A stretch of 64,000 nt of DNA from Callorhinchus milii (lineage: Eukaryota): assembly GCF_018977255.1 (NCBI RefSeq), contig NW_024704743.1, positions 42,348,001 through 42,412,000 of the forward strand, read 5' to 3'. Within the stretch, counting starts at the first letter, position 1, and each line of letters opens with the position of its first letter. The translations under genes and the position numbers were made by a program. This document shows, piece after piece, positions 62,741 through 64,000 of the stretch. Under the pieces are notes generated by a model, which was not told the DNA's origin, did not search any database, and was given only the letters and a program-made list of their open reading frames with translations.

Positions 62741-63769
62741 CTGACTGCTCCTGTGAAAATGTTTGATCACAGGATTGCATCAACCACAGTAAAAATCAAG
62801 ATAATGTGCATATGTAGGACAATGCTCCTTCCCCCTTCGCCCCTCTCTCACTGCTCGGTGTCCATCCCGCCAGTGTAAAGCTCTGAGACATTATCCTACA
62901 TGAAGGACGCTATATAATGCAAATTGTTGTTGTCTGTTTGATGCTGGATTGAAGTTGTATTTTGCTCGCAGCTTTGTGTCTTTCCGTGGGTTGGTTTTGT
63001 GAAGTTATAAAACACAACTTACAGTAGCTGACATTTATATATTCCCAGAACCTAGATAGTGGCAAACAGTAAGAAATGATTTTCTATGTAAATTAGATGT
63101 AATACGTTTTACTTGAAACTGCTTCTTTCAGCTTCCTCCTCCTGAATGTTGGTAAATAATTGGTGAGTTGTTATTCATGGTGCTGCTATGCACCAACAGA
63201 GCAGCATCTGAATGCGGGCCTGTATCCAGATATCAATGCTGCTTCATCAGTCTTGACAATAGCAGCCACTGTCACACAGAGACATTCTTCAGTGCCTTGC
63301 ATTGATTGTTGAAGACATGGCTTAGGAATAACATGGGGAAGGTCTGAATCACATGAGTGGCTTTTCGCATCCATATTTACATGAAAATTCATATGAAAAG
63401 ATTTTGCCCAAATCCAAGACAAGACACCTTCCATTTTAAAGTTTGAAATAGGATACAATACGAGCTATTCTGTGAGTTCCGCCTCACCCAAACCTACAGT
63501 TCCATGTATTATTAGTCTGTAAGCAATTTTTTTGTTTATTTCTGCTCGTCAATGAATTTGTCATTGAATGTACAGTCAAAGGTAGCATGTGCTTATTATA
63601 AATACTTGGGTTTGTCCCATTCCAAGTGAATGCCGACAATTACAGCAAATGTACGTACAGGAAGAAAATAACCAGATATCCTTCAGGACTTTCAAGAAGC
63701 TTTACCTGTTTGTTCCACTTTGTTACCTATTCATCCGGACCTTATAAATACCTGACACTTCCAATTCCT

Positions 63770-64000
63770 TCCACACCACTATCCAGAATTCTGCAGCCAG
63801 TGTCCTCTCCCACACCAGGCTCCATGAGCCTAACACCCACATCCTCACTCAGCACTCCATCCCCACTGGATCGAATTGAAAATCCTCACTCTTAACTTTG
63901 AATCCTTCGATGGCCTCACTCCACCTTTCCTTTTTGACCTCCTACACCCAACCACTCCCTCCACTCAGTGAAAACTGAGGATGGCACTATATAAATGTAA
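63770..64000 (+). mobile_element. L2 3' fragment
   Basis: IQNSAA coding remnant and GGCACTATATAAATG terminus. Confidence 0.7.

Noticed and set aside
63186..63458. CR1 RT-like motif WAKSFHMNFHV in a minus-strand ORF
   Set aside because: Similarity limited to about 10 residues with no flanking CR1 motifs

Overview
Eukaryotic genomic DNA, AT-rich, CpG-poor and repeat-dense. The repeat repertoire points to a cartilaginous fish, probably a chimaera/elephant-shark-type genome; this is inferred only from the mix of tRNA-derived and Deu-domain SINEs, L2, CR1 and Tx1-like LINEs. No intact host coding gene is recognisable. Every ORF with a recognisable protein motif is a broken transposon fragment: CR1 and L2 reverse transcriptase, a Tx1-like ORF2 C-terminus, and a hAT (Buster/SPIN/Charlie-like) transposase. 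The main non-repeat feature is a probable Pol II promoter and first exon at about 44.5-45.1 kb on the + strand. It has CCAAT, TGACAG and octamer-like motifs and a perfect CAG|GTAAGT donor, followed by a repeat-poor, G-run-rich stretch that looks like the start of intron 1. The gene cannot be identified. Structural oddities: a 51-bp-stem hairpin (18071-18182), a 180-bp direct duplication across an L2 junction, an apparently half-inverted SINE, decayed palindromic MITE-like elements, an unassigned two-copy repeat, three degenerate minisatellites and several nested insertions. I found no convincing new multi-gene system. Family names are from recalled consensus sequences, not database searches, and boundaries of degraded repeats are approximate.
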